Origin: Fibrobacteria bacterium
GTDB lineage: Bacteria; Fibrobacterota; Chitinivibrionia; Chitinivibrionales; FEN-1185
Assembly (NCBI GenBank): GCA_037447435.1
Contig: JBBIGR010000005.1
Coordinates: 1-64,000, forward strand
Length of the DNA: 64,000 bases
Direction of reading: 5' to 3'
Part shown: in pieces, positions 50,640 to 60,841 of the stretch
Numbering within the stretch: the first letter of the stretch is position 1
Layout of the letters: the number at the start of each line of letters is the position of its first letter
Translations under genes and position numbers: made by a program
The notes under the pieces: generated by a model
What the model was told of the DNA's origin: nothing
Databases searched by the model: none
Seen by the model: the letters and a program-made list of their open reading frames with translations, nothing else

Positions 50640-51924
50640 TACGGCAAAAAGTTCTGCGGCATTTACAGAAGCAAAAAAATATATCGTCGGCGGCGTTAAT
50701 TCGCCGGTAAGGGCGTTCAAAAGCGTTGGCGGCGCCCCGATTTTCTTTTCATCGGGCAAGGGCGCATATATCGAAGATATCGACGGCAATTCCTATATGG
50801 ACTTCGTTGCTTCATGGGGCCCCCTAATTTTGGGACATTGTCATCCGGACGTTGTCGAGGCCATTAGCACTACGGCAAGGCTCGGAACAAGTTACGGCGC
50901 CCCCACCTTACTTGAAACCGAACTCGCGAAGCTCATAACCGCAATGGTACCATCCCTTGAACTTGTCCGTTTTGTCAACTCAGGTACGGAGGCGACAATG
51001 AGCGCCGTGCGTTTGGCACGAGGATTTACTAAACGTAACTGTATTATAAAATTTGAAGGGTGTTATCACGGTCACGGTGACAGTTTTCTTATCGCCGCAG
51101 GATCCGGCGTTGCAACACTCGGCATCCCCGATAGCCCCGGAGTCACCCCAGGCACCGCAGGCGACACTTTGATAGCACGCTACAATGATCTTGAATCCGT
51201 AAGAACAATTTTCAAGAAATACCCGGAAAAAATTGCCGCGGTCATTGTAGAGCCTGTGGCAGGAAACATGGGTGTTGTCGTACCAAAGAAAGGCTTCTTA
51301 GAAGGACTGCGCGATCTAACATCCTCGAACGGAAGTTTATTGATTTTTGATGAGGTAATGAGCGGTTTCCGGGTTTCGGCAGGAGGGGCGCAGGAGCTTT
51401 ACGGAATTCGTCCGGATCTTTCTACATTCGGGAAAGTGATCGGCGGAGGTTTACCCGTTGGGGCCTACGGCGGGCGCAGAGACATAATGGAAAACATCGC
51501 CCCTCTCGGTTCGATATATCAGGCAGGTACACTTTCGGGGAATCCGCTTGCAATGGCGGCGGGACTTGCGACTTTGAGCTATATCAATAAAACAAAAGAT
51601 TTCTATGAAATCTTGGAAAAACGTTCTCAGCATTTGGCAAACGGGCTTATTTCGAATTGCCAATCTGCGGGAATACCAGTAGTATTGAACCGAGTCGGTT
51701 CAATGATGACAATGTTTTTTACTACGGAAAAATCGGTTTCATCGTGGGATGAGGCAAAAAAAAGCGACACCGCCCGATATGCCCGGTATTTTCAGAATTC
51801 ACTCTCCGGCGGCATTTATTTGGCACCTTCGCAATTTGAGGCGGCATTTATTTCCGCGGCTCACACTGAAAACGACATCGACAATGCCATAGAAGCCGGC
51901 AAACGCGCTCTAACAAACGTGTAA
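50632..51924 (+). CDS. hemL: Glutamate-1-semialdehyde 2,1-aminomutase
   Basis: [42 protein letters not shown]. Confidence 0.96.
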   Translation: MYNTAKSSAAFTEAKKYIVGGVNSPVRAFKSVGGAPIFFSSGKGAYIEDIDGNSYMDFVASWGPLILGHCHPDVVEAISTTARLGTSYGAPTLLETELAKLITAMVPSLELVRFVNSGTEATMSAVRLARGFTKRNCIIKFEGCYHGHGDSFLIAAGSGVATLGIPDSPGVTPGTAGDTLIARYNDLESVRTIFKKYPEKIAAVIVEPVAGNMGVVVPKKGFLEGLRDLTSSNGSLLIFDEVMSGFRVSAGGAQELYGIRPDLSTFGKVIGGGLPVGAYGGRRDIMENIAPLGSIYQAGTLSGNPLAMAAGLATLSYINKTKDFYEILEKRSQHLANGLISNCQSAGIPVVLNRVGSMMTMFFTTEKSVSSWDEAKKSDTARYARYFQNSLSGGIYLAPSQFEAAFISAAHTENDIDNAIEAGKRALTNV

Positions 51925-52074
51925 TCCGGGCCATTTCACCACATTCCTGCAATGGAACACAATGAAAATCTGGATGAAACCGATACCGAAAGTTCGTATG
52001 CCATTTTCCTTTCATGGTGTAGAAATGGTAGTGCAGCAACATTGTTCTCCTCCAACAAAGGCCGAACGACAACG

Positions 52075-53010
52075 ATGATTAATTTTGCAGTTCTTTCTCG
52101 ATTGCAAATATTGAAGGTTGCATTGCCCTTAATCATGGCTTCCTCACTATTGTTTTGTTCCCGAAACGTCCACTACAAGGAAATCGATTATCAAAAGCGG
52201 ACTTCGATTCTTAGCACCAACGATTCATTGAGAAACGATTCGCTCGATTTGACCATAGCGGTAGCGCCGGTTGTATCTACCGAAGAAAGCTATAAAAAAT
52301 ATTATGATTTATTTTCATATACCGCATCCTTATGCTCGCTTAAAATTAAAACGACCTATTACAAAAAAAACGTAGAAATATATCGCCTCTTTCAGTCAAG
52401 ATGCGTCGATGTTGCCTTTGTCAGTGAAATCCTTTATGTTATGGGGAAAAGACAGCATCTGCTCAATTTATTGGTAGTTCCGGTACGAAAAGGCAAACCT
52501 ACCCATCAGGCCTACATAATAGCCCAAAAAAAAACGAGCGCAAAAACATTTATTGACTTGACAAAAGAACGATTTGCATTTACCGATGAATTTTCTTTTA
52601 CCGGATATTGGTATCCCCTTTCCCGAAGCGGTAATGCAAACCTACCGTTAAAACAAGTGTTTTTCTCCGGCTCCCACGACCAGTCGGTATACCTAGTAAA
52701 CAGAGGGTTGCTCGATGGGGCCAGTGTCGACGGCTACGTGTACGATGCTATAAGCAAGGCAAGCCCCAAATGCGTTTCGAACACACGTGTTTTGGAGGTT
52801 TCAAAAGAGTTCGGTACGCAACCCATCGTCATATCACAACAGGTTTCTCCTCGAATACGGGACGCGTATACGAAGGCATTCTTATCATTAGACAAAGACA
52901 GTACCGGTCGCAAGCTACTTGCTGCACTGGGAATCGATGAATTCATTACCCAGGATGATTCTTGTTATGCATCCATTTCCGCAATGGTTCCGGAAACAAT
53001 TATTCCATAA
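52075..53010 (+). CDS. PhnD-like periplasmic binding protein, probably a sensory partner of the downstream kinase
   Basis: FAFTD..S.TG...P, SHDQSV..V..G..DGASVD; no permease or ATPase genes nearby; start uncertain. Confidence 0.7.
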   Translation: MINFAVLSRLQILKVALPLIMASSLLFCSRNVHYKEIDYQKRTSILSTNDSLRNDSLDLTIAVAPVVSTEESYKKYYDLFSYTASLCSLKIKTTYYKKNVEIYRLFQSRCVDVAFVSEILYVMGKRQHLLNLLVVPVRKGKPTHQAYIIAQKKTSAKTFIDLTKERFAFTDEFSFTGYWYPLSRSGNANLPLKQVFFSGSHDQSVYLVNRGLLDGASVDGYVYDAISKASPKCVSNTRVLEVSKEFGTQPIVISQQVSPRIRDAYTKAFLSLDKDSTGRKLLAALGIDEFITQDDSCYASISAMVPETIIP

Positions 53011-54418
53011 ATATATTTCGATCCGGACCAAGCTGCTTTTTTCCGTTTTTATCGTCATCGGCCTTTTTGGCGCAATGGCTACATGGATGTCGTATTATTA
53101 TATAACAGAAACGGCAAAGCTCGACCTTTCGAGGAAAGCAAGCTTCTTCACCAATCTTCTTGACAATCAATTGACACCGCAAATACTTCTCAACGATATA
53201 GTATCCGTCAACTCGATTATCAGCCACTTCATATCGGACGCTCCCGAAATTCTTTATATTGTCGTTTACGACAAAAACAAGAACATTATCGGCCATACGT
53301 TCGAAGGCGATTCGATACCGGTGTTCATCACTCCGCCCAGCGGAAACGATTCGGTGATGCTCTTTTTAGACCGACCGCATCATATTCGAATTCGGCAGCA
53401 AACCGTTTCTTTATCAAACGGCACTATCGGGTTCGTAAAAGTCGGACTGGACGAAACGACGGTCTTTAATAAAGGAAGAAAAATAGCCACGATTATCGCA
53501 GGGCTCCTGATCCTTTTATTGATTCCCGCAAGCATAATAACAATTTCGTTTTCTTACCTTATCACTTATCCCATACATGAAATTCTCAAATGTCTTAAAA
53601 AGTTCATGCCCGGCGAATCGCCTCCCAAACCGAAAATAATTTTCAACGACGAAATTGCGCTTTTATCCAACAGTATCCAAGAAATGATGCATCGGGTTTC
53701 TATAATGACCGATGAATCGAAAAAAAACCATTTAAAATTCATCGAAACAGAAAAACATGCAAGCGTCGGAATATTGGCTTCCGGAATTGCCCATGAAATC
53801 AATAACCCCATCGCGGGCATCGAAATATGCGCTTACCGACTTGAACGCGATTCCAACCTTTCAATAAAAAACCGTGAATATGTCCAGCTCATTCTAGAAG
53901 CAGCCAGGCATATTCAATCTGTTGTGAAAAATCTACTCAACTATGCCCGGCAACCCGACCTTAAAGAAACGTCCCTCGATCTTCGTGCAACGATTAGCGT
54001 TGCCGAAAAACTAGTCCAATACAGATTGAAAAAAAACAATATTATATTCGAAATGATTTGTCAGCCGTTTCCTTGTATTATTACCGGAATAAAAGCCCAA
54101 ATTATCCAGGTATTGGTAAACGGGCTTCTTAATGCAATTGACGCAATAGAAAAAAACGGCAACATTATTGTGCGCCTTACGGAACAAAATGCCTCGTTTA
54201 TCCTTCGAATCGAAGATTCGGGTAAAGGTCTGGACACCGAGGTCAAAAGCAAGGCATTTGATCCATTTTTCACTACAAAAGGCACTTTGGGCACTGGTCT
54301 GGGACTGTATGTCAGTTACAATATCATTCAATCACATAATGGCCGCATAGACCTGGCCCCGCTCCCGGGCAAAGGAGCCTGTTTGGAAATTACACTACCC
54401 AAAGGAGAAAACCGATGA
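52967..54418 (+). CDS. HAMP-domain sensor histidine kinase
   Basis: 2 TM, HAMP, AHEINNP, NGLLNA, DSGKG, PFFTTK, GTGLGL; start uncertain. Confidence 0.92.
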   Translation: MHPFPQWFRKQLFHKYISIRTKLLFSVFIVIGLFGAMATWMSYYYITETAKLDLSRKASFFTNLLDNQLTPQILLNDIVSVNSIISHFISDAPEILYIVVYDKNKNIIGHTFEGDSIPVFITPPSGNDSVMLFLDRPHHIRIRQQTVSLSNGTIGFVKVGLDETTVFNKGRKIATIIAGLLILLLIPASIITISFSYLITYPIHEILKCLKKFMPGESPPKPKIIFNDEIALLSNSIQEMMHRVSIMTDESKKNHLKFIETEKHASVGILASGIAHEINNPIAGIEICAYRLERDSNLSIKNREYVQLILEAARHIQSVVKNLLNYARQPDLKETSLDLRATISVAEKLVQYRLKKNNIIFEMICQPFPCIITGIKAQIIQVLVNGLLNAIDAIEKNGNIIVRLTEQNASFILRIEDSGKGLDTEVKSKAFDPFFTTKGTLGTGLGLYVSYNIIQSHNGRIDLAPLPGKGACLEITLPKGENR

Positions 54419-55758
54419 ATATCCTCATCGTTGACGATGAGAAAAGCCTGAGACTCGCCTTAGCCGACGAATTGATCGAAAACGGTTATGACGTGGACGT
54501 CGCGAGTTGCGGCGAAGATGCCATGCTCCTTTTAGGAAAGAAATATTTTGACCTTGTCATCAGCGATGTCGTTATGATGTCCATCAGCGGTATGGATCTA
54601 TTGAAACATATTAAGGAAAAAACACCGCAAACCGAATTGATCCTTATGACGGCATATGGAACTATTGACGCTGCGGTCAATGCCGTCAAAGCCGGCGCAC
54701 TGGATTATATTTGCAAACCCTTCGAACTTGAACGACTTTTGCGGTTTGTAAAGACAATGAAGGAAACCATCCAACTCCGGCATGAGAATAAGGCATTAAA
54801 ATCGAAATTATACGACCGATATAATTTTCACAATATTATCGGCCAATCCGCATCCATGCAACGTATGTTCAGCCTCCTTGAAACCGTCTGCGATACCAAT
54901 GCGACCGTGATAATTCAGGGGGAAACCGGAACCGGAAAGGAACTCGTCGGCGAGGCGATACATTTTAACAGCCTCAGAAAGGACAAAGCTTTTGTTCCTG
55001 TTTCATGCGCAGCGTTGTCGAAAGAACTTCTGGAATCGGAATTGTTCGGCCACGAACAGGGTTCATTTACCGGTGCGACAAAGCAAAAAAGAGGACGATT
55101 CGAATTGGCACATGAGGGGACCCTTTTTCTCGACGAAATAGACGATATCCCCCTGGAAGTCCAAGTTAAATTACTCCGTGCCATTCAATCGGGCCGATTC
55201 GAACGCGTGGGCGGCGAACATCCCATTCAGGTCGACGTCCGAATTATCGGGACGACAAAAGAAAACCTTCTGGACCTTGTCGAACAAGGGAAATTCAGGC
55301 GGGACCTTTATTACCGGCTTAACGTCATTCCCCTTATCCTTCCTCCTCTTCGCGACCGTAAAGAGGACATTCCGCTTCTTGTCAATCATTTCCTCAAGAA
55401 ATATTCCCCGGTTCATCATGTCGAGGTGTCTTCGGAAATCATGGATTTGCTGCTTAAATACGATTGGGACGGCAATGTCCGCGAGCTTCAACATGTGATT
55501 CAGCGACTGGTCCTTTTACGAAAAGACGGTGCGGTCGATATCGACACGCTTCCGGGAAAAATCTTGAATTTTAAAAGCCAGGAGCCGCTCTTTGAACTTG
55601 GAAAAGACACGTTGTCGGAGTACCTTGACCAATTAGAAAAAAGCATCCTGGATAGGGCATTGGAATTTACTAAGGGAGGGAAAACCGAAGCTGCGAGGAT
55701 TCTGGGGATCCCTTTGCCGACGCTTAAAAGCAAATTAGCCCGTTTTTTTCAAAAATAG
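54415..55758 (+). CDS. sigma54-dependent response regulator (NtrC family)
   Basis: ILIVDDE, GETGTGKE, GSFTGA, FLDEID, Fis HTH. Confidence 0.95.
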   Translation: MNILIVDDEKSLRLALADELIENGYDVDVASCGEDAMLLLGKKYFDLVISDVVMMSISGMDLLKHIKEKTPQTELILMTAYGTIDAAVNAVKAGALDYICKPFELERLLRFVKTMKETIQLRHENKALKSKLYDRYNFHNIIGQSASMQRMFSLLETVCDTNATVIIQGETGTGKELVGEAIHFNSLRKDKAFVPVSCAALSKELLESELFGHEQGSFTGATKQKRGRFELAHEGTLFLDEIDDIPLEVQVKLLRAIQSGRFERVGGEHPIQVDVRIIGTTKENLLDLVEQGKFRRDLYYRLNVIPLILPPLRDRKEDIPLLVNHFLKKYSPVHHVEVSSEIMDLLLKYDWDGNVRELQHVIQRLVLLRKDGAVDIDTLPGKILNFKSQEPLFELGKDTLSEYLDQLEKSILDRALEFTKGGKTEAARILGIPLPTLKSKLARFFQK

Positions 55759-55883
55759 GATAAAGCAATTATTATAAACTGCAGCAGCGATTTAAAAAAA
55801 TTAAATAGTTTTAGTTTTTACGGTGACGGAATTTATCTTTAATCGAATCCGTTCCTTCTCCCTTTGGTACCAAGAGGCTAATA

Positions 55884-56345
55884 ATGGGTGTATCAACATT
55901 CGGAACAGTGTTGGATGTCATCGATTCATTCGAGTTGCGTCACTCACTCATATTTGACAATCTCAGCAAGCAAGGTACCAGCGAAGGCGTTCGATTATTA
56001 TGCAACTACTTTGCAAAACGGCGCAGACATATTCCCGAAGCTCTTGCCAATTTTTCCGAAGAAGAATTGCACGTTATCAGAGCAACCCCGATTTTTGAAG
56101 ACGATATCAAGTCTGAACTTGAAAGGCATTTTTCAATGGAACCCAATGCCATTGACATTGAGGCAGACATATTACTTCAGCACTCAATTGATTTCATACA
56201 AATATGCCTCGATTGTTATACCCGGATTTCGGAACAGCGCATCGGAGAAAATGCAATTTCGTTTCTTAAGTCACTCATTATTATTCAAACCCGCTATATT
56301 GTCGAACTTAAAAAAACCAAGAATTTAAACTATTTTTGCCCGTAA
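55884..56345 (+). CDS. Hypothetical helical (ferritin-like) protein, paralog of 20834..21292
   Basis: Same length and shared RLL...A......FS.EEL....P segment. Confidence 0.55.
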   Translation: MGVSTFGTVLDVIDSFELRHSLIFDNLSKQGTSEGVRLLCNYFAKRRRHIPEALANFSEEELHVIRATPIFEDDIKSELERHFSMEPNAIDIEADILLQHSIDFIQICLDCYTRISEQRIGENAISFLKSLIIIQTRYIVELKKTKNLNYFCP

Positions 56346-56396
56346 TTTCCCCGACACGATTCTTGAACAGCGTTCCTGCAAACAATTCAAGTATTC

Positions 56397-56410
56397 TTGA
56401 TCCAAATCAA
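56397..56410. promoter_or_regulatory. FNR/DNR-type box
   Basis: TTGAT-CCAA-ATCAA, an exact TTGAT-N4-ATCAA, 57 bp upstream of the ygbA-like start. Confidence 0.65.
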
Positions 56411-56467
56411 TTTTATACATTCATAATTTATGTAATTTAATTATTATCGTACGGAGGTCAATAAATC

Positions 56468-56815
56468 ATGAATGCAGATAAAAAAGAACAAAAGACCATT
56501 ATAGCGATGATCGACATCTATTGTCGAGGCAATCATAAGGGACAACCACACCCTTGTCCCGATTGCACTTCTTTGCTCAACTATGCAAAAACCCGCATTG
56601 AAAAATGTCCTTGGGGTGCAATGAAGCCAACATGCGCCCGCTGTACAATTCATTGTTACGAAAAACTAAAACGGGAACAAATTATTACAATCATGCGCTT
56701 TTCAGGTCCTAAAATGGCAATCCGACATCCCTTTTTGACGCTTCTACATTTATTGAGCCCCAGATCGATAAAACCCTCTGTAAGCCGGAAATCAATATCT
56801 GAGACTGTTGTTTAA
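56468..56815 (+). CDS. YgbA-family protein
   Basis: MI.IYC...H, CPDC..L..YA..R...CP....KP.C..C..HCY, MRFSGP.M...HP. Confidence 0.85.
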   Translation: MNADKKEQKTIIAMIDIYCRGNHKGQPHPCPDCTSLLNYAKTRIEKCPWGAMKPTCARCTIHCYEKLKREQIITIMRFSGPKMAIRHPFLTLLHLLSPRSIKPSVSRKSISETVV

Positions 56816-56979
56816 AAAGTTCTTTTTTTCACAAATGGAATATTTTATATTTATACGGATGCATCATTGTTTCATTCTCCGCTTTTACTTCGGAAGACAT
56901 GTTGCAACTTGATGGTTTATGAATGATATTCTTTTTTGATCATGACGCTTTATTTATAGAAACCGATAAGTACTTCTAA

Positions 56980-57348
56980 ATGTCAACCTCATTTACCCTT
57001 TTCTTCCCTTTTCTAATAACTCTTGCCTTGGCGTTACTCATTCCGATCAGCATGATGGTTCTTTCCGCAGTATTGGGGCCCCAAAAAAAGACTGCCATCA
57101 AAATGGAACAATATGAATGCGGAGTCCCCGCACCAACCGGCGTTCGACGGGGAAAGCTATCCGTTAAATTTTTTTTAGTGGCTATTTTATTTCTCGTGTT
57201 CGACATAGAAGTAGTTTTTCTTTTTCCATGGGCAGTTGTGCTTCGGCGCCTCGGCATGATTGGCTTTGTTGAAATGGGGTTATTTATCCTGGTGCTTATT
57301 GCAGGGCTTGCATATGCCTGGAAAAAAGGAGCTCTTGAATGGGAATAG
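56980..57348 (+). CDS. nuoA: NADH:quinone oxidoreductase subunit A
   Basis: YECG, FLVFDIEVVFLFPWA, KKGALEW. Confidence 0.95.
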   Translation: MSTSFTLFFPFLITLALALLIPISMMVLSAVLGPQKKTAIKMEQYECGVPAPTGVRRGKLSVKFFLVAILFLVFDIEVVFLFPWAVVLRRLGMIGFVEMGLFILVLIAGLAYAWKKGALEWE

Positions 57349-57818
57349 AAACAGTATTCGGCCGTTCATGGATCACAGCCCGCATTGACGATATAGTAAA
57401 TTGGGGACGCCTTAATTCTCCTTGGCCGTATGTGTTCGGAACAGCTTGTTGCGCAATCGAATTTATGAGTGCCGCATCATCGCATTTTGATATTGCCAGA
57501 TACGGAGCAGAACTCATCCGTTGGTCTCCGCGCCAGGCAGACCTCCTCATTGTCGCAGGAACGATCTCGTATAAGCAAGCACCGGTACTGAAACGGATAT
57601 ACGAACAGATGTGCGAGCCAAAATGGGTTATTGCCGTGGGTGCGTGTTGCTGCTCCGGCGGTTTGTATGATAATTACTGTACGGTTCAGGGAGTAAGCGA
57701 AATAATTCCGGTCGATATGTATGTTCCCGGATGTCCTCCCCGTGCAGAAGCGATCTTTGACGCGATAATCAAATTACAGAATAAAATCTCAAAGGAATCG
57801 GTACTTGACAGAAAATAA
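57339..57818 (+). CDS. nuoB: NADH:quinone oxidoreductase subunit B
   Basis: GTACCAIE, SPRQAD, VPGCPP. Confidence 0.95.
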   Translation: MGIETVFGRSWITARIDDIVNWGRLNSPWPYVFGTACCAIEFMSAASSHFDIARYGAELIRWSPRQADLLIVAGTISYKQAPVLKRIYEQMCEPKWVIAVGACCCSGGLYDNYCTVQGVSEIIPVDMYVPGCPPRAEAIFDAIIKLQNKISKESVLDRK

Positions 57819-59532
57819 CACGCAAGCGGTTTCCTTGCAGCGGATTGTGAGCCAGCTTGCCGGTAACGACCATATTGAATTTGAGGAAAATTGCGGCTCC
57901 CTGTTTGCCGTTGTTGACTCAAAAAATATTATTTCGCTTTTGACGCTGTTACGTGATACGCCGTCAACACATTTCGATATGCTCGTCGACATTGTGGGCA
58001 TCGATAGCTTGTCGCTTACGCCGATCACGGCCAACCGGTTTCAAATCGTATACGTCCTAACGTCAACCGACTTGGGTCATCGCATTTGCATTAAGGTTCA
58101 TCTACCGTCCGATACGCCGGAGATTCCATCGGTAAGTTCGGTTTTTGCCGTCGCAAATTGGCTCGAACGTGAAGTATTCGACCAATTCGGTATCGTTTTT
58201 CAAGGTCATCCGAACCTGAAACGTCTGTTGAATTTCCAAGGATTCGCGGGACATCCGCTTCGGAAGGATTTTCCTATCAATGGTCGCCAGGCTATCCCGG
58301 AAAGCGAAGATTTACTTGACGAGATGAAAATTAAACTCGGGAAACTGGGGAAACCGATTGAATCAATTAAAATTGGCGAATGCGGAAATACACTCGAAAA
58401 AGAAACTTCAAATGATTCCGATCCTTTCATAGTCAACCTTGGTCCGGCGCATCCCATTGTTCATGGAATTCTACGCCTTTTACTGGCAGTGGAGGGAGAA
58501 ACAATAATTGCCGCAGTACCCGAATTGGGTTATTTGCACCGCGGCGCCGAGAAAAATTGCGAGGCAGGAAATTATCATCAAGTTATACCATACACCGATC
58601 GTATGAATTACGCCTCGCCGATGATGAATAATATCGGGTATTGTAAAGCTGTCGAAAAAATGCTCGGTATCATAATTTCAGAGCACGACATGATTTTAAG
58701 AGTCCTGTTCTGCGAACTTGGACGGATTATGGACCATTTGCTTTGCCTGGGGCCGCACCTGGTGGATCTTGGCGCATTAACACCGTTTTGGTTTTTGTTT
58801 CAAATCCGTGAAAAAATTTACGATATCATGGAAAAGTATTCGGGCGCTCGGCTTACGTATTCTTGCGTACGGATCGGAAGCTTCCCATTTCCCTTATATG
58901 AAGGTTTTACGGATGAGGTTGAATCTGTGTTAAAAGATCTTGCCGGTGCAATCGATGACGTTCGAAGGCTTGTGGAAAGAAACCGGATATTTTACGACCG
59001 ATGCTGCAATGTGGGAGCAATTACCCCGCACGATGCGATTCGAAACGGATTTACCGGGCCTTGTCTTCGGGCAACCGGCCTCGAGTATGATTTGCGGAAA
59101 AATAAACCGTATTATCTTTACGAAACATTTGATTTTTCGGTTGTGGTCGGGACAAACGGCGATACCTACGACCGCTTTTTCGTCCGTGTTTACGAAATGA
59201 TCGAGAGCGTAAAAATTATCCGTCAAGCTATTACCCGTATAAAAGCTATGCCCCCGGACTCTTCCGTTGCCGAAGGCGCAAAAAAGTCAAAAGGGTTTAA
59301 AAAAATAGCTCCCCCGGCGGGAGCCATTTACGACAGCACCGAAGCCGCCAATGGCGAGCTCGGATTTTTCATTATCTCCGACGGTTCGCCAAAGCCTTAC
59401 CGGATAAAAGTCCGGTCGCCGTCGTTATGTAATTATTCCGCGATCGAGTCCATGGTAGAAGGCACTATGATTGCCGACCTGGTGTCGATTATTGGCAGCC
59501 TCAACGTCATCGGCGGGGAGATTGATCGATGA
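57805..59532 (+). CDS. nuoCD: Fused NuoC/NuoD
   Basis: WLERE.FD.FG..F.GHP, HPLRKDFP; NLGPAHP..HG, GYLHRG.EK, GEIDR. Confidence 0.93.
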   Translation: MTENNTQAVSLQRIVSQLAGNDHIEFEENCGSLFAVVDSKNIISLLTLLRDTPSTHFDMLVDIVGIDSLSLTPITANRFQIVYVLTSTDLGHRICIKVHLPSDTPEIPSVSSVFAVANWLEREVFDQFGIVFQGHPNLKRLLNFQGFAGHPLRKDFPINGRQAIPESEDLLDEMKIKLGKLGKPIESIKIGECGNTLEKETSNDSDPFIVNLGPAHPIVHGILRLLLAVEGETIIAAVPELGYLHRGAEKNCEAGNYHQVIPYTDRMNYASPMMNNIGYCKAVEKMLGIIISEHDMILRVLFCELGRIMDHLLCLGPHLVDLGALTPFWFLFQIREKIYDIMEKYSGARLTYSCVRIGSFPFPLYEGFTDEVESVLKDLAGAIDDVRRLVERNRIFYDRCCNVGAITPHDAIRNGFTGPCLRATGLEYDLRKNKPYYLYETFDFSVVVGTNGDTYDRFFVRVYEMIESVKIIRQAITRIKAMPPDSSVAEGAKKSKGFKKIAPPAGAIYDSTEAANGELGFFIISDGSPKPYRIKVRSPSLCNYSAIESMVEGTMIADLVSIIGSLNVIGGEIDR

Positions 59533-60836
59533 CGAATTTCTTTACGCATTTGGATTGGCTATTCCTTGGTACGACAATCGGCAAAGCCGTATTCGCCTGG
59601 GGACTGACTCTCGGATTCATCCTTGTTAATATTTTTCTTGAACGTAAAATCTGCGCTTTCATTCAGGACCGCGTAGGACCCAACCGTGCCAACGTGCTCG
59701 GCATTCGGCTTTTCGGATTTGTCCTCAACTTCGCCGACGCAGTAAAATTATTGTTTAAAGAAGACATCACGCCACCTTTTGTCAACAAGTTTTATTACTT
59801 TATCGCCCCGCTTATAATTATGACCGTTGCGCTGATGGGTATGGCCGTCGTGCCATTTGCCGACGACCTTGTCATAGGCAACATCGTCATTCCCATGAGC
59901 GTGCTTGACATCAATGTGGGATTTCTATTCATTCTTGCAATTACCTCCTTATCGGTTTATAGTCTTGTCTTGGGAGGATTCGGCTCAAACAGCAAATATC
60001 CGCTTTTTGCCGCAATGAGGTCCTCCGCGCAAATGATAAGCTATGAAATAGTGATGGGGCTATCGCTGGTTGGTCTTGTCATGGTGTTTGGAACGGTTCA
60101 TCTTCGCGAAATGACCGCTATGCAAGGGGGCCTGCTGTTCGGTTTTCTCCCGAAATGGGGAGTTGTCATGCAACCGGTCGGCTGTATTCTTTTTTGTATA
60201 GCATCCCTCGCAGAGCTTAACCGTACGCCGTTCGACCTTCCGGAAGGCGAATCGGAAATCATCGGTTTTCATGTCGAATACAGCTCAATGAAATTCGCAT
60301 TATTCTTTATGGCCGAATACGCGAATATTTTCGTTGCCGCAGCCGTGATCACGACCTTGTTTTTCGGCGGTTGGCAAATTCCATGGCTTCCAACCGAAAC
60401 CATAAAAGAAAACGCGGCAATCGTTCTTCAAATAACCGCAGCCTTCGCGTTCTCCGGTGTTTCCATTGTCGCATTTCTTCTCCATCGTTTTTATTCGAAG
60501 CGAAAATACAAATGGAAAGATCTTCGCGAAAAAGAAGGAATGCTTTTATATGCCGTTTTAGCGTGCATCGCGCTCATTTCGATTGGGGCAATTGTTTTTG
60601 CGCAGTATGTACCTTTCAATTCCATACTGAAATCTTCCCTGGCAGCAGTATTGCAGATAGGCATATTTATTTTGAAATCGTTTTTAATCTGTTTCACCGT
60701 TGTTTGGATCCGATGGACATTACCGAGGTTGCGCTATGACCAACTTATGGCGCTCGGATGGAAAATAATGCTCCCGGTCGGCATTGCAAATATTCTTGTA
60801 ACCGGATTGATTTTGATTTTGGTTCCTGGAAAGTAA
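59529..60836 (+). CDS. nuoH: NADH:quinone oxidoreductase subunit H
   Basis: ERK..AFIQDRVGPN, AQMISYE, NRTPFDLPEGESE, RWTLPRLRYDQLM. Confidence 0.95.
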   Translation: MTNFFTHLDWLFLGTTIGKAVFAWGLTLGFILVNIFLERKICAFIQDRVGPNRANVLGIRLFGFVLNFADAVKLLFKEDITPPFVNKFYYFIAPLIIMTVALMGMAVVPFADDLVIGNIVIPMSVLDINVGFLFILAITSLSVYSLVLGGFGSNSKYPLFAAMRSSAQMISYEIVMGLSLVGLVMVFGTVHLREMTAMQGGLLFGFLPKWGVVMQPVGCILFCIASLAELNRTPFDLPEGESEIIGFHVEYSSMKFALFFMAEYANIFVAAAVITTLFFGGWQIPWLPTETIKENAAIVLQITAAFAFSGVSIVAFLLHRFYSKRKYKWKDLREKEGMLLYAVLACIALISIGAIVFAQYVPFNSILKSSLAAVLQIGIFILKSFLICFTVVWIRWTLPRLRYDQLMALGWKIMLPVGIANILVTGLILILVPGK

Positions 60837-60841
60837 CGCAA

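Noticed and set aside
52075..53010. Phosphonate ABC transport
   Set aside because: No phnC/phnE; the gene is coupled to a kinase
57339..59532. Group 4 [NiFe] hydrogenase
   Set aside because: The NuoD part lacks the Ni-binding CxxC pairs and ends in GEIDR, as in complex I
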